A stretch of 64,000 nt of DNA from Octopus bimaculoides (taxonomy: Eukaryota): positions 60,547,149-60,611,148 of the forward strand of contig NC_068982.1 of assembly GCF_001194135.2 (NCBI RefSeq), in the 5' to 3' direction. The notes under the pieces are model-generated. The model saw only the letters and a list, made by a program, of their open reading frames with translations. It did not search any database and was not told the origin of the DNA. Each line of letters begins with the position of its first letter. The first letter of the stretch is position 1. The position numbers were made by a program, and so were the translations under genes. Below, piece after piece: positions 26,934-40,964 of this stretch.

Positions 26934-27224
26934 TAAGCTTTTGTTAGAAACAGTTTTGAATATTGGTAATTTTCTGGCATATATCTGGTTCAGAATCTTT
27001 TAATTCCCCTTCCTCTAGTTTGATTTATATTAGTTGGCATATTTGATTTGATTTTTATACAATTGGTTTTAAATTCCTCACAGAATAATTTTTCTAAAAG
27101 CTTTACTTACAAGTTTGTATCATTATTCCCTCTGCAGCACTATTTGCCATCATGCGCATACTTACATACTCACAAATACACACCTCCTCTCTGTACACGT
27201 ATATCTATGTATACATACACTTAC

Positions 27225-27291
<67 letters not shown>

Positions 27292-27455
27292 CACACACAC
27301 ATGCATATATACATACATATATACATACACACACATACAAACATATATATCACACATAATGTAAATATTTTATATATATTTATTTGTGTGTGTATTTATA
27401 TATATGTATATATATTTATATATATATGTGTGTGTGTGTATGTATATATCTGTAT

Positions 27456-27487
<32 letters not shown>

Positions 27488-28329
27488 GTGTGTGTAATGT
27501 ATGAATGTGCAAAAGTAAAAGTACCTGATGTGAAAGTAGTGTAAATTCAGCTACTTACGTGCTGCAGTCTCCCTGCCCTGTCAGTGTTGTGTCTTTTAGC
27601 CTATATACTCTATTCCTACTTGAGGAGCCAGCAACACGTTGGGGATACCCCAGAGTCCACTAAATCTGTCTAATACACACAAACAAATGCACACACACAT
27701 TCTCACACATATCTTCATTGGATATTCACTCTATAACTCTATAAACTCCGAGTTTTTTATTTTTGTGTGTGCATTCAGAGTATAAAATGTCCCAGCGATT
27801 TTATTGAAACTTTTACAAAATTTTAGTATTCTTGTTGCCTGACAGAACACATAAGAAAAGTAAGAAACCTGAAGTAATTATGGCATGAATTATCAGCTGC
27901 ATAAAAAAAAATATGATGAGCAAATAAAAGTTTTGAGTTCGTATGTGTTGCAATTATAGTTTTTTTTGTCATTTTATTTATATTTTTCTTAATCTGTGAT
28001 CCTCATTTACCATATGTTGCATGAAACTCCTTTCGCTTGTACTCCTTTTTGATATAGTTTATAAACTTTTTCACACAATAGCTGTTTCCTTTTTTGTGGA
28101 ATAAATCTCCTGTCATATTCATTACTGAGTTTTTATTTACGTTCATATAAGCAAATAGATATATGTATGCAAATTTGTGCGTGTGTGTATTTATATATCT
28201 CTTTATATTTATATAATCACATACATATGCACACAGACACATACACAGATACATGCACACACATGCTCTCATGGAAACAAGCAAAAAAAAAAACAGACAT
28301 GCTATGAATAGACTGCTTAAATGTTTGTT

Positions 28330-28655
28330 ACGTTATATCCCCATTATCGCCTTTCATCCCTTCAGTGGGGGCCAATAAAATAAAGTAACAGTGAAGAAGT
28401 GGTGTCAATGTAATTGACTATCTCCCTCCCCTTAAAACTGCTGGCCTTGAGCCAAAATTTGAAACTATTACTACTACTATTTATTAGGGTGGTAGGTTGG
28501 TAGAATTGCTAGTATATTAGACAAATTCGAGTTCAAATTCCACTGAGGTCAACTTTGCTTCCATCTTTTCAGGGTTGATAATGTACTAGTCAACTACTGG
28601 AGTCAATGTAATTGACTAACCCTCTCACCCTATAATTGCTGGCCTTGTGCCAAAA
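28330..28655 (+). mobile_element. Two tandem decayed copies of the ctgagttcaaat SINE family
   Basis: Both end in ..aatgtaattgacta..ctcc..ctgctggccttgWgccaaaa (about 28465 and 28655). The second has a head with gagttcaaattcc. Confidence 0.7.
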
Positions 28656-28699
28656 CAATAATAAAAATGATAATGATGATAATGATAATTATAAAAATA

Positions 28700-29277
28700 A
28701 TAATGATAAATGCCCTGATGCAGTACCAGGCATTGGCTCTCATGGCTTTTGATCTTAACTGATTGGAAGTGTTATCATGTACATTGTTTTGTCTTGGTAT
28801 AAAAATGGGCTACAGCAAATATTCTGCTCAGTACTACAGATTTGCTTGTCAGTTGTTTGACCTTAACCAGTTGAGCATGTCCCTTAGTGGCTGATGATAT
28901 GTGTATCTCTGATCACGAGCAAAAGTAGTGGGGGAGCAACATAGACATGTGTTGAGAGGAATTCGTTGGGGTTTGAATAATTCACTTCTGGAAACATTGG
29001 TGTTTTGTTGATCATCCTTAAAACAAATCTTATTCAGGAACCTTTTGAGTGGGATGAGCTACTCAACCAGAATTTTCTGATTGGGTCCCACCTGCAAGGT
29101 CATGCGCTAAAAAAAAAAAAAGAGATCACCATGTCATGCACATATGGTTGTGGTGCTTGTGCCTGGTGTACCCTTGTCAGACAGGTAGTCATGATGGGTA
29201 TATTGGGCTTCATATATTTTATCCCAGTGTCACTTTGATGGCATGCACTACTCTGTCACTCAATAATAATAATAATA
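28700..29277 (+). mobile_element. ~580-bp retroposon-like interspersed repeat with (AAT)n tail
   Basis: Non-coding, moderately GC-rich block from atgccctgatgcagtaccagg to ctctgtcactc(aat)n. It resembles an abundant octopod repeat (from memory, not searched). Confidence 0.55.
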
Positions 29278-29322
29278 TCAAAAAATATCATTAAACATTT
29301 TACGTATGGTCAGAACATAGAC

Positions 29323-29324
<2 letters not shown>

Positions 29325-29400
<76 letters not shown>

Positions 29401-29403
29401 CAT
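29325..29403. repeat. (ATT)n microsatellite, about 26 units
   Basis: Directly visible. Confidence 0.98.
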
Positions 29404-29422
29404 TACCACTACTATTATTTAT

Positions 29423-29763
29423 TGGGGTAGTGGATTTACAGAATTGTTTAACTTTGAATCTTTATGTTCTGAGTTCAACTTTATCTTTAATTCCACCAGT
29501 TTAGATGAAATAAAGTATCAGAAACACCCAAGGTTGATAGTAATCAACTAATCTCCCCTAAAAATTGCTGGTTTTGTGCCGTTAAGCATTAGAGCCTTTT
29601 AGTATATCTCCTGATTTTTTATGTTCTGAGTTCAAATTCTGCCTAGCTCAACTTTGGCTTCCATTCCTCCAGAATGAATAAAATACTATTCATGTGCTGG
29701 AGTCAATGGCATCAAGAAAACCCCTCACCCCCAAATCGTTGACTTTGTGCCAAACTCAGAAAC
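29423..29763 (+). mobile_element. Two further tandem copies of the ctgagttcaaat SINE family
   Basis: tgttctgagttcaa at about 29465 and 29625. The ends are gctggttttgtgcc and gactttgtgccaaactcagaaac. Confidence 0.65.
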
Positions 29764-29789
29764 TTTTGTTGTTGTTGATTTAGTGGATG

Positions 29790-29960
29790 AGCTTCTGGAT
29801 GGTGACTAGATATAGCAACCAAAATTCCATGAAATCAAACCCTAACATTTTAAAAAAGAAAAAGAAATGTAACATTAGAGAAAGTAGATGATCATGATTA
29901 GAATGCCTTCTATAGTTGGTCTGCTGGTCGGATCTGACCTGGGGCTAAGCAATACAAACA
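29790..29960 (+). mobile_element. Interspersed repeat family ending gacctggggcta(a)acaac
   Basis: Related copies at about 35725-35925 (-), 38085-38275 (+), 39925-40125 (-) and 47170-47560 (+), with a fragment at 16580-16620. Confidence 0.6.
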
Positions 29961-31450
29961 ATAATTTTTACATAATACATTAATATAATTGCAATATGAT
30001 TGTACGACTTGTTTTAACTGCTATAAAAGTTTTTTGTTTTGTTTGAGTGTGTATGAGAAGATGTTATAGGGACATTATTACTGTTTGATTAAACCACATA
30101 ATTGTATATTTTGATAACCATAAAATAACCATAATGATATTTAAATAGTAATAATTATTTAACTCATTTTGTTTATGTTATTGAAAATTACTACACTGCT
30201 AATTCTTTTGTTTCTTTGTTTTTTTTTCTTATGTTCTTTTAATAGTATCAATTTGTTTAAAATTTGTTGATTATAATTATAAAAAAAAGTTTATTGGCTT
30301 TTCATGTTTGTCATTTATTTTATAGCAATATATGTTTTGAGAAGAGAAACTTCTCGGGACTTTTTGAGAAAATAGAACTTATTGTGTGATATCAGTCAGC
30401 TATGCGTCTCATGTTTCCAAATATATCGTTGAAAACTAGCTTCTCTTTTAATTCAGCCAGATAATTTATCCATTCTGTCCTGTGTTTGGAGATTTTGGGT
30501 GTAAATTAATCAACTATTGTTTCATAAAATCTGTTTTCATTTATTTATTTCNNNNNNNNNNGGGTGTAAATTAATCAACTATTGTTTCATAAAATCTGCT
30601 TTCATTTATTTATTTCTTACTCTTGACCAAAAGTCATATAAGAAAGGAAAAGTAGAGAGTAATGATTTTCAATTTTTCCTTTTTGCTGGCATGTTAAAAG
30701 GATGTCTGAAAGAGAGAGGTGGGAGCTGGCAGTGATAGACGCATGAGATGGAATATCAGAACTTTTGGAAGCTTTCTTTTTTTCTATAAAATTCAAACCA
30801 AATTATCCTATCCAATTGACAGAGCTCTTTCACATAGAAAGAGAAAAGAGAAATAATGCTGTATTATAAAAGCACTCAAAAAATATCATTAAACATTTTA
30901 CATATGATCAGAACATAGACATTTGAAATATTAGGTTTTCTGGAGGGTTTTTTGTTGTTTTTTTAATATTTTCCTTTTCCATCTTATATGGCATAACTTA
31001 CATAACATGTTTTGTTTTTGTCCATAACTCAGAACATGACAGAATGTTGTGTGTGCGTGTGTTTCACAAAGGCAAAAATTATAGATTTCTAAAAGTTTAC
31101 CTACAATATTTTATTCCACATTGAGCAGTTTAGGTGAAGTGTAGTTAAGGAATCCCTCTTTCATTTGCTTTATTTTCTGATGATGAAGGTTGTACCTGCG
31201 AACAGATTTCTTGTTCTAATTACTTAATTGCCTCACAGTACCTTGGTGTGAAAGAAAACATTTGAATAGAATACACAAGCTTTTATTTTCAATTTTGTTA
31301 ATACCATTAGACATACTGTTATTAGATTTTTCTAAATTTCTGAAAAAATGTCACCTGATTCATACATGCATACATAAATTCATAAATACATATTATATAT
31401 GCATATATACACATACGTGTATGTGTATATAATACAAAATACTATTCATG

Positions 31451-31610
31451 TTTTGTCACACAATCTTTTGAAAGAGTACAGTTGATTGAATCACCCCTAG
31501 TTTTTAACCGGTATTTGTTCACTTTGTCTTGGAAGCATAAAAGGTCAGTGTTAACCCTACTGGAGTTTGAACTCAGAATATAACACCCCACCTCAATTCT
31601 GCCATCCACT
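31451..31610 (-). mobile_element. ctgagttcaaat-family SINE, reverse
   Basis: gtttgaactcagaa at about 31565, with the reversed body ggtatttgttcactttgtc..aaaggtcagtg. Another reverse copy lies at about 33915-34035. Confidence 0.6.
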
Positions 31611-32536
31611 GACTTTTTATTGATATATAATACTGATACAAGCAAATGTGCCTTATAAAAATGGCCCCGTAAATATATGCATTCTGCTGTATTGTATGAG
31701 TGTGAAATCTAGTTTATTTCATATATTTATTGCTCTCTCTCTCTCCTTCCCTTTCTCCTCTCTCTTCCCCTCTCTCTCCCTCTCTCTCTCCATTAACTCA
31801 ATTCCTTAGTTATTTGTAAATAAGAAACCCACTCGTAATTAGCTTCTCTATATTTGTCATCTTTAATAAGCCAACAACCTTATTACTTGCACCATTCCAA
31901 TCTTCTTTTGTCTGGCAGGCTTCTCTATATTCATTACTAAAATTACTAGCGTTTGTGATAAGGATAAGGCCACGAGTAATATTTTTTTAATAATCTCCAA
32001 AAATTCTATTTCAAAATACTTTTAAAAAAAAAAGTTCTCTTTCCTTATTTCATATTTATTATTTATTGTTAATTGCAGAGATTAAATTACTGTTTACTTA
32101 AGAAAAAGCTCTCTTTTTGTTCTTTTTGCTTTCTTTTATTTAAAAAATTACTGTAATTCATTTTTCTTATTTTTGTTGCTTGTATGTTGATAAATTTGTT
32201 GATTCTGCCCGTTTCATTCATATTTTGCTTAATATAAGCTTTCTCATATATTTCTAGAGTACAATATATAAATATTATATGAAAAATTGGAAATTCTTCA
32301 AAAAGATTTACAACTTCTCTATGTATTCATGATTCTCTTTCTCTTTTTTTTTTTTTTAATTTTAACTCTAGATTATCAAAGAGGTTTCTATAGAATATCT
32401 TTATATTCTATAATATAGGAAAAAAGTAACTTATCACAGCAGTAGTCATAATGTTATGGAAAGCAAAAAGAAAAACAAAGTTTATTATTAGATGAACAAA
32501 TGTTTTAGTAGATAATAAATATAGAGACAGTTTGTG

Positions 32537-32569
<33 letters not shown>

Positions 32570-34941
32570 CCAAGTTATATTTTTCAACAAAATCAGTTAT
32601 TTTGTTGTGATGAAAAAAATCTACTAGCTTTATCGTATAATGGTATGGTGATAATAATCAACATAGACTATCTCTGTTTCTAATTTAGTTGGGAGACTGG
32701 CTTAATAAAAAATTGCAGCTTTCTTTGCTGTATATTGATATGATGTTCCTAAGGAGAAAAATTCTTATCCTTCCATTTTGTTTTTTTATTTACCTTATTT
32801 TACATATCAGATTCTTTTAGCTTTGACAGAAATATTCTCATGTTTAGTTGGTACCTAATGTACCTAGCAACTTATACTCTACATTAGCTAACTGAAACAA
32901 ATTGATTTAAGTGTCTTGTTTATGGTCACAAATACATGCTTGTAAAAGGATATGAACACTCTTAATTAAGCTCAGCTAGCTATGTCTTTAAGGCTGTTTG
33001 AAAATTAGACAAATATTAATCATTTTTAGTATAAACTCTCGAGTTTGACTTAATTTCCTTGTCGTTATTATTCTCCTTTTCTCTCTATATTTCTCTTAAT
33101 ACTTATATAATAGCTATGGTACATACAATAGCTTTCCTTCTCTCCTTTTTATGTCAGTCCCTATTGTGTATTCCTCCCCTCTCTCTCCACCAACTCTGTT
33201 CTTATATGAAATTCATCTTTCTCTCAATCATGTCCTCCCTCTACTTTCTTCTTGCTCTCTTTTTCTTCTCAGACAATTAACTACTGCAAAAGTTCAAGCT
33301 GAGTATACTCCACACTGATCCGACTTGTCCTGGGTAACCTACAAAAACTATGTACACTCACCTTCTCATCTGATTAATTAATTCTTTAAAATATATTTAA
33401 GAAAAAAATACATGAATAAGCTTCACCGAAATATTCCAGTGATATTGTTGTTTACCAAATAAAGTTCCTTAATTCATTAGGTTGTGACATAATCATGCTG
33501 TGATATAAATAATGCTACACTTTAAAGGTTTCCAGGGATCTACTGCATTTAAATGTTGTCATTTTTCAACTAATTAGAATATATGAAGCTTCAGAACCAA
33601 GTCAGCTTTTATATTTTATGAATTACTTTTTGTGTTTCATGCCTGGCAAACGTACCAAGCTCTTTCATTGTTTTATGGTTATTAATATTAAGAGCTCAAT
33701 ATAATTGACTAGCCCCCACCTGCAAAATTTCAGGTCTTGTATTTATTGTAAACAGGATAATTTTAATGTTGTAATCATTTATAAATTATTTAACTTCCAT
33801 AATAATGTTTCAGCCAAAGCAACTAACAAGGACAACAAACACTCTTTGAGTATTATTCCACTTCTGATTAAGTTTGATTTTCTAATATCAACAGAAGTAT
33901 TAAGAAACTATCAATTCTATTGAATCAACTGGCACTTATTTTATCAACCCTGAAAGGATGAAAACTGACTCAAAACTCAGAACAAAAAATGATCAACTAA
34001 ATGCAACAAGGCTCAACTGCTTTTGCTAACCAACCACTCTTACTTAAAATATAAAAACTATCAATATGAGAAGAAATATTCAGACTGTGTCTCTCCAGTA
34101 GGTTCATTATGCATAGGCCTTTGTTTTTTGAGCTTCAAATTATTTTGTAGCTGGAAACTAATCAGTCAATCAATATAATGCTTACTCTTTTAACTGTATG
34201 ATTTATGAGTGAAAGCAAGCGAGAATGTGTACTGTTCATGGTGTCCTCTTCTCACTGGTGATGTAAATGATGTTCACATCATGTGACTACAGCTGGGAAG
34301 TGAGACTATTTAAGGAAATATGGGTTGCCCTGGAGCTTATTTCCACAATACTTATCTGAAAGATATCTTGTGTCTGATAGAAGAGTCCCATATATATAGA
34401 GAGGGAGAGAATGGAGAGAATTCATACTGTTGTCAAAGCAATTAAGAATCATTAAGTGAAGAGAAATGGCAACAATCAGAATGGAAACCATGCTTGCAGT
34501 CTTGGCTCACTCAAAGCTCACCTCTGCTCCACAGCATAGTTGGCATTCACTGGTTATGTAACACTGTCTAACACATGGCCACTAACTTGTTTATTGATAG
34601 TTCCTTTACATTTTTACTCAGCGGTTGCCCGAAATGTAATGGTTTGGTATTCTCAATGTTACTGGTTTGTATGTTACAAGGGAGAAAGGGTGGGCTCAGT
34701 TTCTATCCATGTATGGCATTATATCTATGCAGCCTCTTTTAACTTTTAGTATCAATAATACGGTAGCAGTGTATTTTGTATTTCGTCTCTTTAACACACA
34801 CAAACAAACACATGGTTTCTAATTTTGGTACAAAGCCTGCAAGTTCGGGAGAGGGGGCTAGCTGATTGTAAAGACAGACAAAATCCCAGTGCAATAATGA
34901 TTCTGCTAGCTTACCACTTTTTGCCCTGTAAACATATTCTT

Positions 34942-35140
34942 TTCTAGTCTAGGTACAAGGCTCGAAATTTTTGGAGAGGGAGCCAGTCGATTAGACCATC
35001 CTCAGTACATAACTGGTACTTAATTTATCAACCCTGAAAGGCTGAAAGGCAAAGTCAACTTCGGCAGAATTTGAACTTAGAACATAAAGACAGACGAAAT
35101 ATTGCTAAGCATTTTGCCTAGAGTGCTAACATTTCTGTTA
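34942..35140 (-). mobile_element. ctgagttcaaat-family SINE, near full length, reverse
   Basis: ggtacttaatttatcaaccctgaaaggctgaaaggcaaagtcaacttcggcagaatttgaacttagaac is the reverse complement of the 62422 copy core. Confidence 0.8.
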
Positions 35141-38100
35141 GATTAGCTCAAATGTATGTGTGTGCATATAAAGAGAGAGAGAGAGAGAGAGACATAGAAA
35201 GAGAGGTCCTACATGAATAATTTACAATAGAAACATAACATATGCTACTGGTAGTTCTTTTTCTGAACAGATCCTTCCTAAATGTTCTAATTTTTTAAGA
35301 TAATTTTTCTTAATTTGCCATGTTGTTATTGTGCAGGATAGAAGGCTTAATTTGATGTTTTCAAATGAGTAATAGTCAAGTGTTTTGAGGAATACCAGGC
35401 TACATTTTCAGAGAGTAATATGAATATTGGCCACAATAAAAGTATGAGTGATATGTTTCTCAGAGTTTAGATACTCTTCCTTTAAGAGGTTTAATTCAGT
35501 GTATCATCAGTATAAGTACTTGTAATATACTTGTGTCAAGGTCATTGATTTGCTAAGGAAGTATATATCAACATATCTTAAATCGGTTGGATAATGTGCT
35601 GAACATTTGCCATCTCATGATGTTTTCATAAAACTCTTATGGAGAGAGTGAATATCACAGCACTTCATTCCTTTCCTCTTTATATTTAAGGCTGTACAAT
35701 ATCAATACATGTAACATTCTAATAAAGAAGTAATATTATTTAGCTCCAGCTAGAACTGTGATCAAAAGTAAGTCTAGCTGTGACTATCTTGTCTTTTCCC
35801 TTCTTTTAGACAGTATATCTAGGACTACATTATCTATAGTGCCCATCCTTTTCTGAGATGTTATAGTCTGATTAGACGGAGATGTAGCTGTTATTTCTAG
35901 CAGGTTAAGCATCTGCATTCATTCTCAGTAGAGAAATATTATTATTAAAAGTAAAAATACTGGTGCAACTGGAGAACAAAAGGTGGAATTGAGTTTCAGA
36001 AAGACAATTCTGCAACTTGGTTTCAAAACCTGATAAGAACTATTTCACTTCGCTTATGTGTCCAATGTCAACAGGTAAAGGCTCCAGTATCACAATATCA
36101 AAAGTCAGTCCATAGAAAATCTTGTCTTTGTGTTTAGGAAGTGTTTTGGTGACTACTGTAGGTATGAGGACTGGTCAAGAAGTATCAGGCGAAAATATAA
36201 CCATTTCCAGTTACTCTGAAACTGCATAGATTGTCATTCAAATTAAACTGTAATATTTTGGTGTATAAGAGAATCTCATGTTATGGTCAGGTTTGTCATT
36301 GGAATTCATTGCTATTCTCTTCAATTGTACTAGATCCCAGTATTTATATCTTTCCCTATAAACCATGTTATCTTCATTGAGCTTTGGAATAGTAAATGTT
36401 TCCCTCATTTCAATAAGCTTGCTTACCATTCATTTGTTTTATGTCTTCATGTTAGACTGCAAATAACCTATTAGAAATAACTACTACTCAGATTCTGAGT
36501 TGTCATTGACTTATCTTGTCCCACGAATGGTCTAAATGAAACAATTACAACTTTGTGAACATGAGTCATAGCTGAATCAAAACTCAGGGAATTCACAGTA
36601 TTAGCTTTCTTATTCTCTGACCACCATCTAAATTGCTTTTTGATAGCTAATTTGTTCTTCTTGGCAGTTATATCACTTTTGCCCCTCTAGTTCATAAATA
36701 TTATTCCTTTTTTTCCTTCCATTTTTTTATATTTTGTTTTAATTAAAGATTGGCAACTAGAGAAAATACAGTTCAAGTTTGTAGGGTCACTGTCCTCTTA
36801 TTTATATATTTCGAGAAACAATTTTATAAATCACTAACTCCTAAATATGATTATTTTTTTTTCAGTCACCTTTTGAACTTTCAGTTTACTGAAATGCTCA
36901 AATGAATACAAACTGGTTGTCACCAATCATACTTAAATCTCCATTTCCTTTCAATCAAGTTGCTGTGTATCAATCAATTTGGCCCAATGCAACCGTCACA
37001 AGCATTTCTCTCAGATGCAATATTTGTTGTCTTCAAACGTGCACTGAGTATAGTTTTATTGCATTAAATCAATGAAATATCATATACCTATCAATCTCAT
37101 GGTCGTTCGTATTGAAATAAATAAGTAATTAAATGGATTCATCCAATTCCCAGATTAATTTTTACTGGCTTCTCAATAGAACAGTTTTTTTCCATCTTTA
37201 TTTTTCTCATCATCGCAGCCAGATCCATTTAACTTATTATTTTTAAAACATTACTAGTTTAAAGGGTAATTAAAAGCATCTGAATTAATTTATATTTTAT
37301 TATGTTATATCTAAATATTTTTCTAGTTAGGTGCGGTTTTTTTTTTAACCAATGCTAAAATCTTTATACTGAAAGAATATTTCAATTATGAAATCATCAT
37401 CAGTATTTATTTATTCATTTATACTTTAACAGCTTTTTATCTTTTTAAAGCAGGTTTTTGAGTGATGTCATTAGTTGATTGATAGTCAATTTCTAGTTAT
37501 CAAATACCAAATCATTCAGTTGAATATTTCCTAACATTGGATTGTCAGTTCTATTGTACTTGCAGTAATTTATTTTGTCTTTCCTTCTACATTCTGAGTT
37601 CAGATTTCCCTCTGGTTGACTTTTCTTTTTATCCTTCTGGAGGTGAAATTACAAAATAAGTACTAATAAGATTCTGCTGCCAGCTGTATTTTGGATGTAT
37701 ACTAAAGATAGAAATCATTAATTTAGTGGCATATTTCTTCTTTCTAAAAAAAAAAACAATAAAAGGTGTACCTAAAAATTGAATTCTAGAAGCTTGAAAG
37801 GAGTTTTACTGACTGCTACTGAAATACTTTGGATTGTTGGAATTATAACACCCTAGAATATCCTAGTATCTTTAAGTAGTCAGTAAAACATCTAAATGTT
37901 TTACTGGTATACATACAAGCTGGATTTGATACATTTATCTGTCTAATATATGTTATTAAGGGTATATGAAATTATGATAAAAGCATCATGATTAATCCAG
38001 TAGTTCAAAAAGCTTATTTAAAGAATCTCTTGCTCAGAAGTGTTCACTATTTCAAGATTTAAATGTCAAAATGAGGAAGCTCCTATGCAACTTGATCTGC

Positions 38101-38572
38101 TATAAATAGCAGCAGCCAAACTCCCCAAATCACACCTCACCATCTTTAAAAAAAAAGGACATATTGGCTAATGTAGTCTGGGATACATAATGCCTGAAAA
38201 AGGGTGGGATACTCAAGGCTAGAATGCTTTTGGTGGTAGCACCACTCAGTCAGGGTCATCTTGGAACTTAACAACGTCAATAGATAAAAGAATGGTATCA
38301 TACATTGTTATTAGAGTTCTTTGTTGTAAAATATCTTCATATATAGATTGTAACTTAATTACCATTAATAAAAATGCTTAAAGAAAATGCTGCTACATAT
38401 TTTTATATAACAAAAAAGCTTTAGAGTTTCATTCAATCTTTCATTGTATGCCTCACTCTTTATGTAATCTCTGTGGCCAAGATAATTCATAATTCCAGAT
38501 TATATTAATTTTGTATCTCATTTTATTTTACTTTTTGTTTGCATGATGTCTTGTTTCTTTTCGGGTCTGTAC

Positions 38573-38617
<45 letters not shown>

Positions 38618-39192
38618 TAAATTATTAGTGAAAATATATTAGTTTATACATACTGCCACCATCATTGTCATCATTGGCAGAACTCCTTTTGTTATCTTGA
38701 TGGTTTTTCTCCATGTTTGCTAACCCATTCAAATGAATAGCCATCTATATCATTAAAGTTGGTACTTTATTCATTTGTCAGTGCCAAATTTTGTAAGATA
38801 ATCTAAAAATTATGTTCTGATTTTACTTCAACTATTATCAAAGTCGGGCGCTTTCATATATTTGTATACCTCTTTATGTATTCACTTTGGACAATTTCAT
38901 AGCTACTTAAAAAAAAAGGTGTATATATTCATTCACATACATGCATGTAAGCACACATACATCTTTACAAACACACACACATGCATGCATACAAACATTC
39001 ATAATGCATATATATACAATGGCTGTCCACTCATTGAACAAGTATGCCCATCACTGATGATTAGAAAATATGTTGTCGGCAATTCCAGTGTACTATTGAA
39101 GTCAGAACCACAAAGGCTCCCATTACCAAAGTCAAGGGACCTAGTGGCAGGATGAAGCAAAATATTATCTGGGCAATAAAAGCACGCTTTTA

Positions 39193-39403
39193 AGGCAGTG
39201 AGCTGGCTGAAGTTTTAGCACACCAAGCAAAATGCTTAGTGACATTTTGTCCATCTTTACATTCTGAGTTCAAATTCTGCCAAGGTTGACTTTGTCTTTC
39301 ATCCTACTGGGATCGATAAATAAGTACCAGATGAACATTGGGATTGATGTAATCAACTCACCCCTTCCCTTAAAACAGCTGGCCTTGTGCCGAAATTTGA
39401 AAT
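39193..39403 (+). mobile_element. ctgagttcaaat-family SINE, full length
   Basis: Head aggcagtgagctggctgaa, B-box ctgagttcaaattc, and end gctggccttgtgccgaaatttgaaa. Partial copies at about 37580-37665, 54418-54475, 58062-58212 and 62190-62345. Confidence 0.8.
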
Positions 39404-40964
39404 CAATATTAACAGGCTTTATAACTAAAATGTCTTCTAGAGACATGATATGATTAAAGTTAGGGTTGCTTGACTCCCAATGGTTTTATAGCACATTAGA
39501 CAACCAGCTTAGAAATTCTAATACCTGACACTATGGTTAGTCTTTAACTTTACATTGGATTCATGTAACCTTTTAGCAGGCATTGTTTTCATTCTGCTGT
39601 GGTTTTTTGCAACCTTTTTCACCAGGTTAACTCAGTGACATTGCCAGTTTAGTCATTGGTGACCCAACCATGCAGCATGAACTGGATTAGATGTTACCAG
39701 TAGAACTCACAGAGGAACCTGGTATACATGCATGTATGTCTGCGTACACACCAACACAACCACATATACATGCCTGCTTACACTCACACATGCACTAACA
39801 TACTATCATAAAGATAGCAGTATGGCCCTGGTGTGGGCTTTTACATCAAGCCAAGAGGGTAAATAGCAAGGGAAGGATTGAAAAGTCACTGAAGTAAAGG
39901 ATTCCTCATTGTCTTGAAACAGTGTTACTTGTAGTTGAATCCCAGGTCAGCCCTGATTGAGAAGTCTTATAATGAAACCCTTCCAACTGTGACCTTCCAT
40001 GTATTTTGTATATCAGGAAATACATTCTCTAACATATTCTTCCATTTTGAAAGTTGTAGAGTGTAATTTGATCTGGTTTTGGCTGCCTCTTCTTATATGT
40101 TAGTTGCTATTTCTAGCATATTAAAGCACTGTTTTAAAAGTTTTTGCCCAATGTGCTATTTTGTGTGATTGAGTCTGGAATCACCTGGAAGGGAAACAAA
40201 CGTTTATGTGTGTGTGTGTGTGTGTGTGTGTGTATACACAAACACATCATTAAACTAAGCATTTGTGTGTATGTATTTTTTGGGATTCATCTCTCTGTCT
40301 TGTCTATATTGCAAAAGACTGTTCACCTTAACAGCTTTTTATTTCATTGTCATATTGAATGACATGCTTGATATATGCACCAATGTTTGTTATGCTGTCA
40401 GAATCAATTTGGTGTCAGCAGCAGTAAACACATCTAAAGCATATCTCCTCTTATGAACCCTAATTACATATCTATTCCTACTTATACTCTCTGATTATGA
40501 CTCCTAGGTGACAGAATTTAAAATTCATAACATAATCTGGCCTACTCAAATAATTCACAAGAATGGTCTGAGTGTTGTTTGTCAGCATGCCAGGATTATT
40601 ACTACATCATTTATATAGCAATTGTTTGCATTACTTATAGAATATTAAATTTCAACAACTCCTTTTCTCAATAGCAAATAAAGTCACCTTTACTGTTTTG
40701 AAGGGCTTGCCTAAGGCATTAGCAATTTACATTTTTCAAACAGTTTCCAAACCAGACAGCATTTTTATTTCAAACTGTCTTTGAGTATGAGAAAACAAAT
40801 GCAGTCATGTTTATTTAGCAATTACCAGATACATAGAAGAACATAGCTCTAAAATTCTTTTAAATAATTATTTAGATAATATAAGCATTTAAATTATATT
40901 TCATGGATATGTTTATATTCATATACATATGTACATATCCATATAACAAAAGAAAAGAAGCAAA

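Noticed and set aside
36129-36430. Possible 24-nt microexon (tttag|GAAGTGTTTTGGTGACTACTGTAG|gtatga) and minus-strand ORF MVSKLIEMRETF..YKYW
   Set aside because: Neither can be supported without expression data. The ORF may be a very old LINE relic, and such splice-like matches are expected by chance in 64 kb.
39049-39085. CTGATGA-tta-GAAA hammerhead-like words
   Set aside because: Only 3 nt lie between the boxes (no stem II) and there is no stem I/III pairing.
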